Positions 10,257 through 19,367 of a stretch of DNA of 64,000 bases are shown here, one piece after another. The stretch is from NCBI GenBank assembly GCA_943788175.1, contig CALSPG010000007.1:160001-224000 (forward strand), written 5' to 3'. Within the stretch, counting starts at the first letter, position 1. Each line of letters opens with the position of its first letter. The position numbers were made by a program, and so were the translations under genes. This DNA is from an uncultured bacterium. GTDB taxonomy: Bacteria; Fidelibacterota; Marinisomatia; Marinisomatales; UBA1611. The notes under the pieces were generated by a model. That model saw only the letters and a list, made by a program, of their open reading frames with translations. It did no database searches and was not told the DNA's origin.

Positions 10257-10956
10257 AGCTGTAGTTTCTTTAATTCTTTGGCCGATATGGTTTTTGTACT
10301 TAATTGCTATCCTTCCTGTTTTTCTAGTGTTTACTTTAATTTTTGATAGAAAGTATTTTCATTATTTCTTAAGGCCAATGTGTTATTTTTTTTGTCTTCT
10401 TGGAGGTCAGTTAGTTAAAAGAACAGGGTTTATTCCAGATGCTAAAAATGGACCTTATTTATATTTAATTAATCATCAATCTCTTTTTGACCACTTTGTG
10501 ATAGGCTGTTATATCAATCATTATGTTACGGCTATTGCTAAGCAGGAACATTTTTCGTACCCCCTTTGGGGTCAAGTTGCGAAATCATATGGAATAGTTC
10601 CGATAAACAGAAAAAATATCAAAAAAGCATTATCAAGTTTAAAGGTTGCGGAAGATGCTATTTTAAAAGATAAAGTATCTATTCTGATTTTTCCTGAAGG
10701 CACGAGGTCTATTGATGGGAACTTAGGTGTTTTTAAAAAAGGAGCATTTCATATAGCCAAGAATACGGGAGTTAAAATTGTACCTGTAATTATTAATGGT
10801 GCGTATAAAGCAAAAAGTAAATCTGATTGGAGATTAAGCCCAGGAACAATTAATATTCATTTTTCTGATGTTATTGCTTACGATATGTATACTGATATGA
10901 CTGTAGAAGGCATAAGGGATTACGCGCGAAATAAATTTGAAGAATATGTAGATTAA
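10249..10956 (+). CDS. plsC: 1-acyl-sn-glycerol-3-phosphate acyltransferase (PlsC family)
   Basis: NHQSLFD (HxxxxD), FPEGTRS, FKKGAF motifs. Confidence 0.85.
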   Translation: MSRAVVSLILWPIWFLYLIAILPVFLVFTLIFDRKYFHYFLRPMCYFFCLLGGQLVKRTGFIPDAKNGPYLYLINHQSLFDHFVIGCYINHYVTAIAKQEHFSYPLWGQVAKSYGIVPINRKNIKKALSSLKVAEDAILKDKVSILIFPEGTRSIDGNLGVFKKGAFHIAKNTGVKIVPVIINGAYKAKSKSDWRLSPGTINIHFSDVIAYDMYTDMTVEGIRDYARNKFEEYVD

Positions 10957-10963
10957 TGTTATT

Positions 10964-11365
10964 ATGAATTTATTGAATTTTAGTAATATCCAGATAAGTC
11001 AGATTTTAGTATCAATTTATTTTTCGATAGTATTTTATCAATCAAGTATCGATAAAATTATTGATAAGGAAAATAATATTATTTTCTTTAATGAACATTT
11101 TAAAAACACCGTTATTAAGAATTTTAGTTCTATACTTTTAACTTGCTTGGGATTATTTGAGTTTTTTGTTGCATCACTAAATACGTTTGGTATTTTTTAT
11201 AGCTTAATTTATTTAGATTTAACTTTCATTTTTTATGGACTGCTTTCGTGCAGTGTCGTATTGCTGATGCTGCTGTTTGGACAACGTCTAGCTAAAGATT
11301 ATGTTGGTGCTGCTGACATTACTATATATTTTATTTTGTGTATTATTACTATAATGAGTTTTTAA
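10964..11365 (+). CDS. DoxX-like small membrane protein
   Basis: Several TM segments; FYQSSIDKI...FFNEHF...LLFGQRLAKDYVGAA resembles Bacteroidetes DoxX-family proteins. Confidence 0.7.
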   Translation: MNLLNFSNIQISQILVSIYFSIVFYQSSIDKIIDKENNIIFFNEHFKNTVIKNFSSILLTCLGLFEFFVASLNTFGIFYSLIYLDLTFIFYGLLSCSVVLLMLLFGQRLAKDYVGAADITIYFILCIITIMSF

Positions 11366-11380
11366 ATAAGGATAACTATA

Positions 11381-12724
11381 ATGGATAAATCGCTCACTTT
11401 AAAGATGATTGAGTCATATCAGCAGAGCTGTGAAACTGATTCAAAACTAAAATTATCTCGTAATGCGGCTACTCAGAACGAGATCACAGACTTAGCAATG
11501 GATTGGAATCAGTTTAGAAAAATAGATCATTCTTTTTCAAATACAATCTCTGGTGAAATGAAAATCACAAACCAAAAATCAAGTGGTCGATGTTGGGGGT
11601 TTGCGGGTTTGAATCTTTTCAGAATCTATTTAGGGAGGAAGCACAATATTAGCAATTTCGAGTTTTCACAAACATATTTTATGTTTTGGGATAAATTAGA
11701 AAAATCTAATTATTTTTTGAATAGCATAATTCAGACTGCTGAAAGTTCACCGGATAGTCGCATAATAATGCATCTTTTAGAAAGTCCAATTCAAGATGGT
11801 GGCCAATGGGATATGTGGGTAAATCTAATAAATAAGTATGGTGTCGTTCCAAAATCTGAGATGCCAGAGACTTATCAATCTAGTCAATCGATGAGGATGA
11901 ATCGTATGATTACTAGAAAACTTAGAGAGTTCGCAAAGGAATTGAGATATTCAATTAAAAACAATATTAAGAATGAAGATTTATATGAATTGAAAAATCA
12001 AATGATTTCAACAGTTTATAGGATGTTAGTAATTCATTTAGGAGAACCTCCGAATAATTTTAATTGGCAAACTAGAGATAAAAAGAAAAACTTTATGCGA
12101 TTTGAAGGGTTAACACCACAATCCTTTTTTAAAGATCATGTTTCTATCGACTTAAGTAATTTGATTTGTTTAATTAATTGTCCGATGTCAGACAAAAATT
12201 ATAAAGATATTTATAGTGTTAAATATCTTGGTAATGTTGTCGAAGGTCAACCCATAAGATATCTAAATACTGAAATAGAAATTTTAAAAAAGGCTGCTAT
12301 TGAATCAATTAAAAATGATGATCCAGTATGGTTTGGTTGTGATGTGGGTAAATATTTACATCGGTCACATGGTGTAATGGATACTAATTTATTCGATTTT
12401 GATTTGTTTTACGGTACAAGATTTTCTATGGATAAAGCTAGTCGATTAGAATATGGTGAGAGCAAAATGACTCACGCAATGTTATTTACCGGCGTAGACA
12501 TAGACTCAAAAGGAAGACCTCGGAAATGGAGGGTTGAAAACAGTTGGGGTGATAGAAATGGAGAAAAAGGATTTTATATAATGTCTGACGAATGGTTTGA
12601 TGAATATTTATATGAAATCGTCGTAAATAAAAAATATTTACCAGATGAATACGTAAAACTTTATGAAGAAAAAGAAGCGAAGCTATTGCCGCCATGGGAT
12701 CCTATGGGCGCTTTAGCAAAATAA
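11381..12724 (+). CDS. pepC: Cysteine aminopeptidase C (bleomycin hydrolase family, C1B)
   Basis: TNQKSSGRCW catalytic Cys, DGGQWDM, MTHAM catalytic His, WRVENSWG, C-terminal PWDPMGALAK. Confidence 0.95.
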   Translation: MDKSLTLKMIESYQQSCETDSKLKLSRNAATQNEITDLAMDWNQFRKIDHSFSNTISGEMKITNQKSSGRCWGFAGLNLFRIYLGRKHNISNFEFSQTYFMFWDKLEKSNYFLNSIIQTAESSPDSRIIMHLLESPIQDGGQWDMWVNLINKYGVVPKSEMPETYQSSQSMRMNRMITRKLREFAKELRYSIKNNIKNEDLYELKNQMISTVYRMLVIHLGEPPNNFNWQTRDKKKNFMRFEGLTPQSFFKDHVSIDLSNLICLINCPMSDKNYKDIYSVKYLGNVVEGQPIRYLNTEIEILKKAAIESIKNDDPVWFGCDVGKYLHRSHGVMDTNLFDFDLFYGTRFSMDKASRLEYGESKMTHAMLFTGVDIDSKGRPRKWRVENSWGDRNGEKGFYIMSDEWFDEYLYEIVVNKKYLPDEYVKLYEEKEAKLLPPWDPMGALAK

Positions 12725-12733
12725 CAAATTATT

Positions 12734-14611
12734 ATGGATTTAAAAATATATTGGCTTTTAGCATTTGTTGGGCTTTATTGGTCTTATTGTATTTTCTGGG
12801 GGATTAAGGGTGCTCTTACTTCTAAAACATCTGAAGACTATTTTGTTGCTGGGCGATCAATTGGAACCTGGGTCTTTGTTCTTGCTGCAACAGCAACTAG
12901 TTTTTCAGGCTGGACTTTTGTTGGACATCCGGGGAAAATACTTACTGATGGTCTTCCATACGCATTTGCTTCTTTTTATGCATTAACGATCCCTTTTACT
13001 GGAGTTCTATTTTTAAGGCGGCAATGGGTTCTAGGTAGAGTTTACAATTATGTAACGCCTGGTGAAATGTATTCAGATTATTATGGAGGAAATTCAATAA
13101 GAATATTAACTGTATTAGTCGCTTTCTTATTTTCAGTGCCTTATCTTGGAATTCAGTTGCGAGCTTCTGGGGCATTATTTGATGTCTTAACCGATGGTTT
13201 AATTTCTACTAATTTAGGAATGATTCTTTTGTCAACAGTTGTAGTCATTTACGTCGCATCAGGAGGATTAAGGTCTGTTGCTTATGTTGATTGTGCTCAG
13301 GCTGTTTTATTAGCTATTGGAATTATTATCTTAGGTGTTATTACGTTGAAATGGATAGGTGGATGGGAATTATTTACACAGGGAATAGGCGTATTAGTTA
13401 AAAATGATTTAGTTGGTGGAACCCGTTTAACTGCGGATGGGCTTTCTAATAGAGTTGCAATCCCCGGTTCAATTCAGTTTGTATCCTCCGGCTCAAACGC
13501 AATTGGTGGTGTTTGGACAGGAATGATGTGCATGACATATATGTTTGCCTTAATGGGTATACAATCTTCTCCTGCCTTTTCAATGTGGGCATATGCAAAT
13601 AAAACATCTGAACCCTTTCGTTGGCAACAAGTGATAGCTTCTTCTGTAGTTATAGGAATAATATTATTTTCTTTTACTATTATACAAGGTATGGGAGCAG
13701 ATGTATTAGTCTTGAATGGTGTCTTTGATACTATATCTGATAGTACGTTAGTGCCAAAACTAATTGATTTAATGTCTGAGTCTGCTCCTTGGCTTGTAGG
13801 TTTATTAGCTGTCTGTGCACTTGCGGCAATGCAGAGTACTGGTTCTGCTTATATGTCAACATTTAGTGCAATGATTACTAGAGATATATATAAAAACTTT
13901 TATGATGAAGATGTGACTGAAAAAAAGCAAAAGTTTATCGGTCGAATATTTGTAATTGTTGTTGCTTTAGCAGCGCTGCTTGTTGCAATTTTTTCAACTG
14001 ATGCTTTAGTAATGTTAGGCGGGCTAGCAGTCGCATATGGGTTTCAAATGTATCCAGCACTTTTTGGTAATCTTTATTACAAAAGAATTTCTAAAACTGG
14101 AGTTACATTAGGTTTAATTGCAGGCCTAATTGCAGTTACTTTCACAGATAAAATGGCTAGTTTGTTTTCACTCCCCTGGGGCGCATATCCACTCACTATA
14201 CATTCAGCAGGATGGGGAATATTGTTTAATATAATATTTACAGGAATTGGGACTTATTTTTTCCCAGATAATATTGAAAGAAAAAAAATCAAAGAAAAGA
14301 GGCATGCTTTTTTATCAGAAGTTGCAGGGGTTCCTAAAGAAAAGAAAAAATTAATACCTTTAGCTTATGGGATGGTTTTAGTCTGGTTCCTCTTTGGGTT
14401 TGGCCCTTTTGCCGTTATTGGGAATACTTTTTTTTCAGACCCTAGCAATCCATCCAGTTGGGCACCCTTTAATTTGCCGTCAATATGGGTTTGGCAAATA
14501 GTATTTTTACTTTTTGGAATTTTCGTTATGTGGTTTCTAGCTTTTTATATGGGTTTTTCACAACCTATTTCAGCAGATAAATTAGAAAAATCTCATAAAA
14601 AATATTTTTAA
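12734..14611 (+). CDS. Sodium:solute symporter (SSS family) with extra C-terminal TM hairpin
   Basis: EDYFVAGRS, ATSFSGWTFVGHPG, YVASGGLRSVAYVD, ALAAMQST motifs; many TM segments. Confidence 0.9.
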   Translation: MDLKIYWLLAFVGLYWSYCIFWGIKGALTSKTSEDYFVAGRSIGTWVFVLAATATSFSGWTFVGHPGKILTDGLPYAFASFYALTIPFTGVLFLRRQWVLGRVYNYVTPGEMYSDYYGGNSIRILTVLVAFLFSVPYLGIQLRASGALFDVLTDGLISTNLGMILLSTVVVIYVASGGLRSVAYVDCAQAVLLAIGIIILGVITLKWIGGWELFTQGIGVLVKNDLVGGTRLTADGLSNRVAIPGSIQFVSSGSNAIGGVWTGMMCMTYMFALMGIQSSPAFSMWAYANKTSEPFRWQQVIASSVVIGIILFSFTIIQGMGADVLVLNGVFDTISDSTLVPKLIDLMSESAPWLVGLLAVCALAAMQSTGSAYMSTFSAMITRDIYKNFYDEDVTEKKQKFIGRIFVIVVALAALLVAIFSTDALVMLGGLAVAYGFQMYPALFGNLYYKRISKTGVTLGLIAGLIAVTFTDKMASLFSLPWGAYPLTIHSAGWGILFNIIFTGIGTYFFPDNIERKKIKEKRHAFLSEVAGVPKEKKKLIPLAYGMVLVWFLFGFGPFAVIGNTFFSDPSNPSSWAPFNLPSIWVWQIVFLLFGIFVMWFLAFYMGFSQPISADKLEKSHKKYF

Positions 14612-14673
14612 TAAAATCTTCAATTTTGACAATTTCTTTCATTGTTTAAAAAAGAATAAATATATTTAGGCTA

Positions 14674-16062
14674 GTGGATACAAATAAAAAAGCAGAAACT
14701 AAATCCTCTTCAATGGATGATATAGACAAAAAAATCCATGCAAATCAAGTTTTGTATGACCAACTTCATCAATCTTTGGTAGACGAGATTGTATCAAAAG
14801 ATGATAAAGATCAAAAAAAAGAAAAGTCAAGAAAGCCTGATGTTTCTAGCACAAGAAATTTTCTTTTAAAACTTTCTGATTATTATCAATCTAATGAATT
14901 ATTTAGATATGCTCTTTGGGGGTTTGCAGCTGTATTCTTTTCAACTACAATCTTAACTATTATTGAATATCCCCTTTTTAGTAGTAGTGTAAAAGGTGAC
15001 GTCGGTGATGGATTTATGTTTGGTGGGGACGAACCCAATTGGGTTGACACATTTTTTCATACTTTTTGGTGGGCTGTTGTAACATTTACTACCGTAGGCT
15101 ACGGCGATGTAAGCCCAGAAACACATTTAGGTAAATTTTTAACGATAATAATAATGATTTTAAATCTAGGCATTGTGACAATGCTTACAGGTGCTGTTTC
15201 CTCTGTTTTGGTTGCAGCTAGATTAAAAGGAGATGATACATTGGACGAAACTAAGTTTTATGGACATTTAATTATCGCAGGTTGGAATCCTGCGGTTCAG
15301 TCAGCATTAAGACTCATTGAGGCTAACGAAGATTCAGCTTCTGTTGTCATTCTTATAAATGAAACTGAAGAAGAAATAATCAAGCGAGCTGTTTCTGGGT
15401 TCGATCGATTAGATATAACTCATTTATCAGAAAATTTTACTCAAGAGGGTGTACTCAAAAAAGCTTTTATTGAAGAATGCGGAACTTTTATGATTGTTCC
15501 AGATGAATCTGGTCTGCTTCCAAATGAAAAACCTGATGAAGATAAAACGGTTCTAACTGCGCTCACGGCTAAATCAATCTTAGAAGATATCCAAGTTGTA
15601 GCATATATTTTAGATGAAGAATATATATCGCACTTGCATAGAGCTAATGTAAATGAAATTGTTTTTCCTGATGAGCATATACCGCATATGTTAGCGAAAC
15701 ATGTCACAGACCCAGGTGTGCCTCAATTATTTGATGAGTTGATTACCCAAGAAAAGCAGGATAAGGGTATTCAAGTTGTTTCTATACCTAAAGGTTTAGT
15801 AGGGCTCACTCATAATAAAGTTTCAGCATATTATAAATTTAAACATAAGTGGCTACTGGTTGGCTATGCAATTAAAAAAGCTGGATTTAGCTTGGAAGAA
15901 CAAATGGGAGAAAGCGGCAGTCCTATTATTCGTGATATGATTAAAGAACAATTAGATGGTGCTGGAATAAAATTATCAAGCGATGAACACGTCATAGTTG
16001 AGATTAATCCAGACGATGAATACATTATTGATGGTAAACATAAAGCTTTGGTATTGAGGTAA
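14674..16062 (+). CDS. Potassium channel, 2-TM pore with RCK-type cytoplasmic domain
   Basis: Selectivity filter WWAVVTFTTVGYGD, followed by a Rossmann-like RCK domain (HLIIAGWN...DEDKTVLTAL...HLHRANVNEIV). Start is GTG 14674 or ATG 14713. Confidence 0.9.
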   Translation: MDTNKKAETKSSSMDDIDKKIHANQVLYDQLHQSLVDEIVSKDDKDQKKEKSRKPDVSSTRNFLLKLSDYYQSNELFRYALWGFAAVFFSTTILTIIEYPLFSSSVKGDVGDGFMFGGDEPNWVDTFFHTFWWAVVTFTTVGYGDVSPETHLGKFLTIIIMILNLGIVTMLTGAVSSVLVAARLKGDDTLDETKFYGHLIIAGWNPAVQSALRLIEANEDSASVVILINETEEEIIKRAVSGFDRLDITHLSENFTQEGVLKKAFIEECGTFMIVPDESGLLPNEKPDEDKTVLTALTAKSILEDIQVVAYILDEEYISHLHRANVNEIVFPDEHIPHMLAKHVTDPGVPQLFDELITQEKQDKGIQVVSIPKGLVGLTHNKVSAYYKFKHKWLLVGYAIKKAGFSLEEQMGESGSPIIRDMIKEQLDGAGIKLSSDEHVIVEINPDDEYIIDGKHKALVLR

Positions 16063-16066
16063 AATT

Positions 16067-16630
16067 ATGGGCGTCAACGCAAAACAAATTCAAAAAATAA
16101 ACTATTTTAATAAAGTTTCGGAAGACCTTTGCTCTGAAATTGCTAAGGTAGTAAAACAAAAAAAATGTTCTCCAAAAACCACTCTACTTAAGGAGGGTGA
16201 AACTGGAGATACTATGTTACTTATTTTCCAAGGTCAAGTTGAGGTATCTAAGAACATGATGGTTAAAACTTCTAGTGGATTTACTATGTCGACTAAATCT
16301 ATTATTAGATTAGAAACTACAGACCCATCGCCTGCAAATAAGCCGATAACCGAACCTACAGTTTCAGTTGTAAAAGCGCCTGCTTTTGGGATAGGGGAAT
16401 TTTCTCTTGTCCTTGATGATGCTAAAAGGACATCACATGTTACTGCTATGACAGACATTGATTATGGGATTATTAAATTAGAAGATTTTTCGAATATAGT
16501 AGATAAACACCCATCTATAGGTGGTTCTGTTTATTTTGAAGTCGCAAAATCAGCTGTAAATAATTTAGCCACTGCAACCCAGGATATATCTAATCTCACG
16601 CAAGCGTTCTTTTTTGCGTTAGCTAAATAA
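16067..16630 (+). CDS. Stand-alone cyclic nucleotide-binding domain protein
   Basis: LLKEGETGDTMLLIFQGQVEV...GEFSLV...RTSHVTA cNMP cassette; no HTH; 4 nt downstream of the channel gene. Confidence 0.85.
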   Translation: MGVNAKQIQKINYFNKVSEDLCSEIAKVVKQKKCSPKTTLLKEGETGDTMLLIFQGQVEVSKNMMVKTSSGFTMSTKSIIRLETTDPSPANKPITEPTVSVVKAPAFGIGEFSLVLDDAKRTSHVTAMTDIDYGIIKLEDFSNIVDKHPSIGGSVYFEVAKSAVNNLATATQDISNLTQAFFFALAK

Positions 16631-16633
16631 TAT

Positions 16634-18436
16634 TTAACTTTTAAAAAACGTTTTTCTTCGAGTGTTTATTTTACTTTCAAGTTCAACAATTTTTTCTTTT
16701 TCTATTGTGGTCTGATCTTCTTTTGATTTTAGCTTATCTAGCTCTAGTCTTAAAAATTGAACATCCCGCTCAAGTTTTTCGAGTCTACCTTTCATTTGCT
16801 TAGATAAAACCTTCTTAAAATCATCTATTTTATCACTATCTGGTGTATAGTATATATTTGTATTTCCCCGATCCGTATCTTCCCAGAATGTAGGTCCGCT
16901 GAATCTAATTCTGTTATAAAGACCTTCCATAAGTTTAAGATATGTTTGATTATCAAAAAATGCTAAATCATCAAGGACATCAGAAACGATTGTTTCAGCA
17001 AAATTTATATTATTAATTTTTATAAAATGTAAAGCAAGCCCAATTTGTAAAACTCTTACTCCGTTGTTTACGCTTTGATCTAGCTCTTCTTTTGAATAGT
17101 CTGGCGGGTTATCAAGCTGTAAAATTTCTTTTAACAGGTGTTCTTGAAGTTGATTATCCCAAGTTTCTTCCGATATTAAAATAGTAATCTTTTTTAGTTC
17201 AGCTGTTAGCACATCTACAATGAAATATAATGAAGGGTTTTTAGCGGCCTGTTTATAAATCTCATTACTGTAGAACTTAAAATAAAAATAGCCCTGTTTT
17301 AATAAGTCCTCTTTATTATGATCAACATATCCTTTTAAAAGCGCAGAATAATGGAAGGCAAGGTTGTATAAATTTCTAGGTTCATTATTACGGACAGCGT
17401 GTTTAATAGCAAATCGCATAAATGTATTAAACCTTATGTTAATATCAACTATCAAGCTATTTTGTTTTAAATCTAAGGCTAGTAACCCAATTGATGAGAC
17501 TTCACTTGCGATTAGAGATGCGAGCTCATATTCTCCGTTTTCCATTTTTCGGATATAAGCATTACCCATCATTTTAAATGCTTTAACTTCGTAAAAGGTT
17601 CTTCTGTCTTCTAAATCTTTATATTGATGTTCAACATATGTTCGGAAAGTGGGATTATTTCTAATTGTGTCTGTGGCAGCAAAAAAACGAGAGTCATAAA
17701 AACTTTTATTTCGCATGTATACTCTTACGGTGTCACCAACTCTACGTATTATTTCAGTTTGTGCTTCTTTAAAAGAAATGTATTCTAATAAATCATCAAA
17801 CTGATCAATAGTAGACATCAATTGATATTGGTAGTGTTCAATATTTTTAATATTGTCCATTGATAAGTGTACAGATTTATTTTTCAACCTATTTATATCT
17901 TCAATATTTAGTGTGTATAATTTTTTGATTACATTGTCTGTTTTAGAGTAGAGGAGTATATAAAAAATATAAGGTAGCGATAGCATAGATGAAGCTGGCA
18001 GATAAACGTATGTATTTAGCATCACGCTGGATAGCCTTTCCATAGGTCCGAAATAATACATTATCACTGTAGCGTGAATTGATGCTAAAATTAAAAACCA
18101 AATAAAAATAAGACTTACCCAATCTTTAACAAATAAATCCATCAGTTTAGGAGTAGACTCAGCTGCAATTGCTATTACAATGATTAAGGTACCTAGCACT
18201 GTGGCTAAAACTCCGCCCCAAATTTCTGGTGCAAAGGTGAGGTCTATTGCATCGTGGGTTTCTTTGCCTAAACCAAATAAGTTTTCTAAGAGGGATATAA
18301 TATCAGAGTAAAAATAATGAAACGTGAAGTCGCTGCCAAGGACTACGAAAAAAACGAAAAAGAGAGAGGCTAATGATCTATTTTTATTAATTAGCCCCAA
18401 AATTTTACTAAATAATATGGTCAGTTTGTCATTCAT
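16634..18436 (-). CDS. Hypothetical membrane protein (DUF2254-like N-terminal TM region with large helical cytoplasmic domain)
   Basis: 600-aa ORF; several TM helices including GTLIIVIAIAAESTPKLMDLF, then a long soluble helical region. Confidence 0.6.
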   Translation of the reverse strand: MNDKLTILFSKILGLINKNRSLASLFFVFFVVLGSDFTFHYFYSDIISLLENLFGLGKETHDAIDLTFAPEIWGGVLATVLGTLIIVIAIAAESTPKLMDLFVKDWVSLIFIWFLILASIHATVIMYYFGPMERLSSVMLNTYVYLPASSMLSLPYIFYILLYSKTDNVIKKLYTLNIEDINRLKNKSVHLSMDNIKNIEHYQYQLMSTIDQFDDLLEYISFKEAQTEIIRRVGDTVRVYMRNKSFYDSRFFAATDTIRNNPTFRTYVEHQYKDLEDRRTFYEVKAFKMMGNAYIRKMENGEYELASLIASEVSSIGLLALDLKQNSLIVDINIRFNTFMRFAIKHAVRNNEPRNLYNLAFHYSALLKGYVDHNKEDLLKQGYFYFKFYSNEIYKQAAKNPSLYFIVDVLTAELKKITILISEETWDNQLQEHLLKEILQLDNPPDYSKEELDQSVNNGVRVLQIGLALHFIKINNINFAETIVSDVLDDLAFFDNQTYLKLMEGLYNRIRFSGPTFWEDTDRGNTNIYYTPDSDKIDDFKKVLSKQMKGRLEKLERDVQFLRLELDKLKSKEDQTTIEKEKIVELESKINTRRKTFFKS

Positions 18437-18576
18437 GATTTGTCAAGTACTAAAAGATCTTGGCTAGAAAATACGATTAAGAGAATAATTTTTCAATATT
18501 GAAGAATAGTATTCAATACTTTATGTTAAATAGGTATTAAGAAAAATTTTAAAAAATTGAAATCAATCAGTTTTTA

Positions 18577-18605
18577 TTGACCTTCACACGAACAGATGAT
18601 AACTT
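18577..18605 (+). promoter_or_regulatory. Putative sigma70 promoter for the TerB-like gene
   Basis: TTGACC (18577-18582), 17-nt spacer, TAACTT (18600-18605) preceded by TGn (extended -10). Confidence 0.4.
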
Positions 18606-18684
18606 CTTGCAAGCTCTTTTAAGTTTATAAGTTCATTGACTTAAGTATGAGCAATAAATGTAAATTAATTATAACGAGGTGTTT

Positions 18685-19116
18685 ATGTCAGATTGGACAA
18701 ATAGTCATGATTTAGTATACGCATTTGTTTGTGTTTCTTTTCTCGCTGACGGAGAAGTTGATGAGTCTGAGAAAGAAGCAATGCGTGGGAATGTTAAAGT
18801 TATGCTTCCTGATATGGGGGATGACGAGTATCACCAGGTTGAAAAAGAAGTTATTGATAAGTTCATTGCATTAGGTGATGAAACTTCTCGTTTCAGCCAA
18901 TATGGTTCTTCTCTTAGCGCAATCAAAGAAATGTTTTCATCTGATGATGATCGGTATAAGGTTATAAAAAACCTTGCTTATATTGCTAGAGCAGATCAAT
19001 TCATTCATGAAAATGAAATGAAAATGGTTGAGCAAGCGGTTACTGATTTAGATATGGAAGATAAAGTTAGCTTAGTTAAAACGGAGTCAACTCTTTTCGT
19101 TGATTTCAAATCGTAG
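18685..19116 (+). CDS. TerB-family (tellurite resistance/DjlA N-terminal-like) protein
   Basis: Two TerB half-motifs, LADGEVDESEKE and IARADQFIHENE; GAGG RBS before ATG 18685 (ORF track starts at GTG 18679). Confidence 0.8.
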   Translation: MSDWTNSHDLVYAFVCVSFLADGEVDESEKEAMRGNVKVMLPDMGDDEYHQVEKEVIDKFIALGDETSRFSQYGSSLSAIKEMFSSDDDRYKVIKNLAYIARADQFIHENEMKMVEQAVTDLDMEDKVSLVKTESTLFVDFKS

Positions 19117-19137
19117 CCTTCTAAATAAAGTATACTA

Positions 19138-19170
19138 ATTAGTGCCCGATTTTAATTATCGGGCACTAAT
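19138..19170. terminator. Intrinsic terminator-like hairpin after the TerB-like gene
   Basis: Perfect 13-bp stem ATTAGTGCCCGAT / ATCGGGCACTAAT with a 7-nt loop, followed by ATTTT. Confidence 0.75.
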
Positions 19171-19199
19171 ATTTTGAAGATTAAATAAGGTAAAAAATA

Positions 19200-19352
19200 A
19201 TGTCGGAAAAAAGAACGCACAGTGACGATAGAAGAAATGATAATAGAAGATTAGAGGATCGCAGGAAAGAATCCATGTCAGTAGAAGAAGAGAGAAGAGA
19301 GAGTAATAGAAGAGCTGACGAACGCCGGTCTAGAGAAGAGCGACGCTCGTAA
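19200..19352 (+). CDS. 50-aa [DEN]RR-repeat microprotein (not in the ORF track)
   Basis: ATG at 19200 after TAAGG RBS; my translation is MSEKRTHSDDRRNDNRRLEDRRKESMSVEEERRESNRRADERRSREERRS*; fills an otherwise empty gap; Arg encoded by five different codons. Confidence 0.75.
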   Translation: MSEKRTHSDDRRNDNRRLEDRRKESMSVEEERRESNRRADERRSREERRS

Positions 19353-19367
19353 CAACTTAATTCCCTT

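Noticed and set aside
14626-14655. Perfect TTGACA upstream of the K+ channel gene
   Set aside because: No acceptable -10 hexamer at 16-18 nt spacing, so not reported as a promoter.
18685-19116. TerB-like gene and MazG (30409-31197) as an anti-phage defence island
   Set aside because: They are far apart, MazG is the housekeeping tandem-domain type in a ybeY operon, and there are no mobility genes, nucleases or visible compositional shift.
19200-19352. Purine-rich AGAAGA repeats considered as a CRISPR array or microsatellite
   Set aside because: No constant-length repeat-spacer structure and no cas genes; better explained as an Arg-rich coding sequence.
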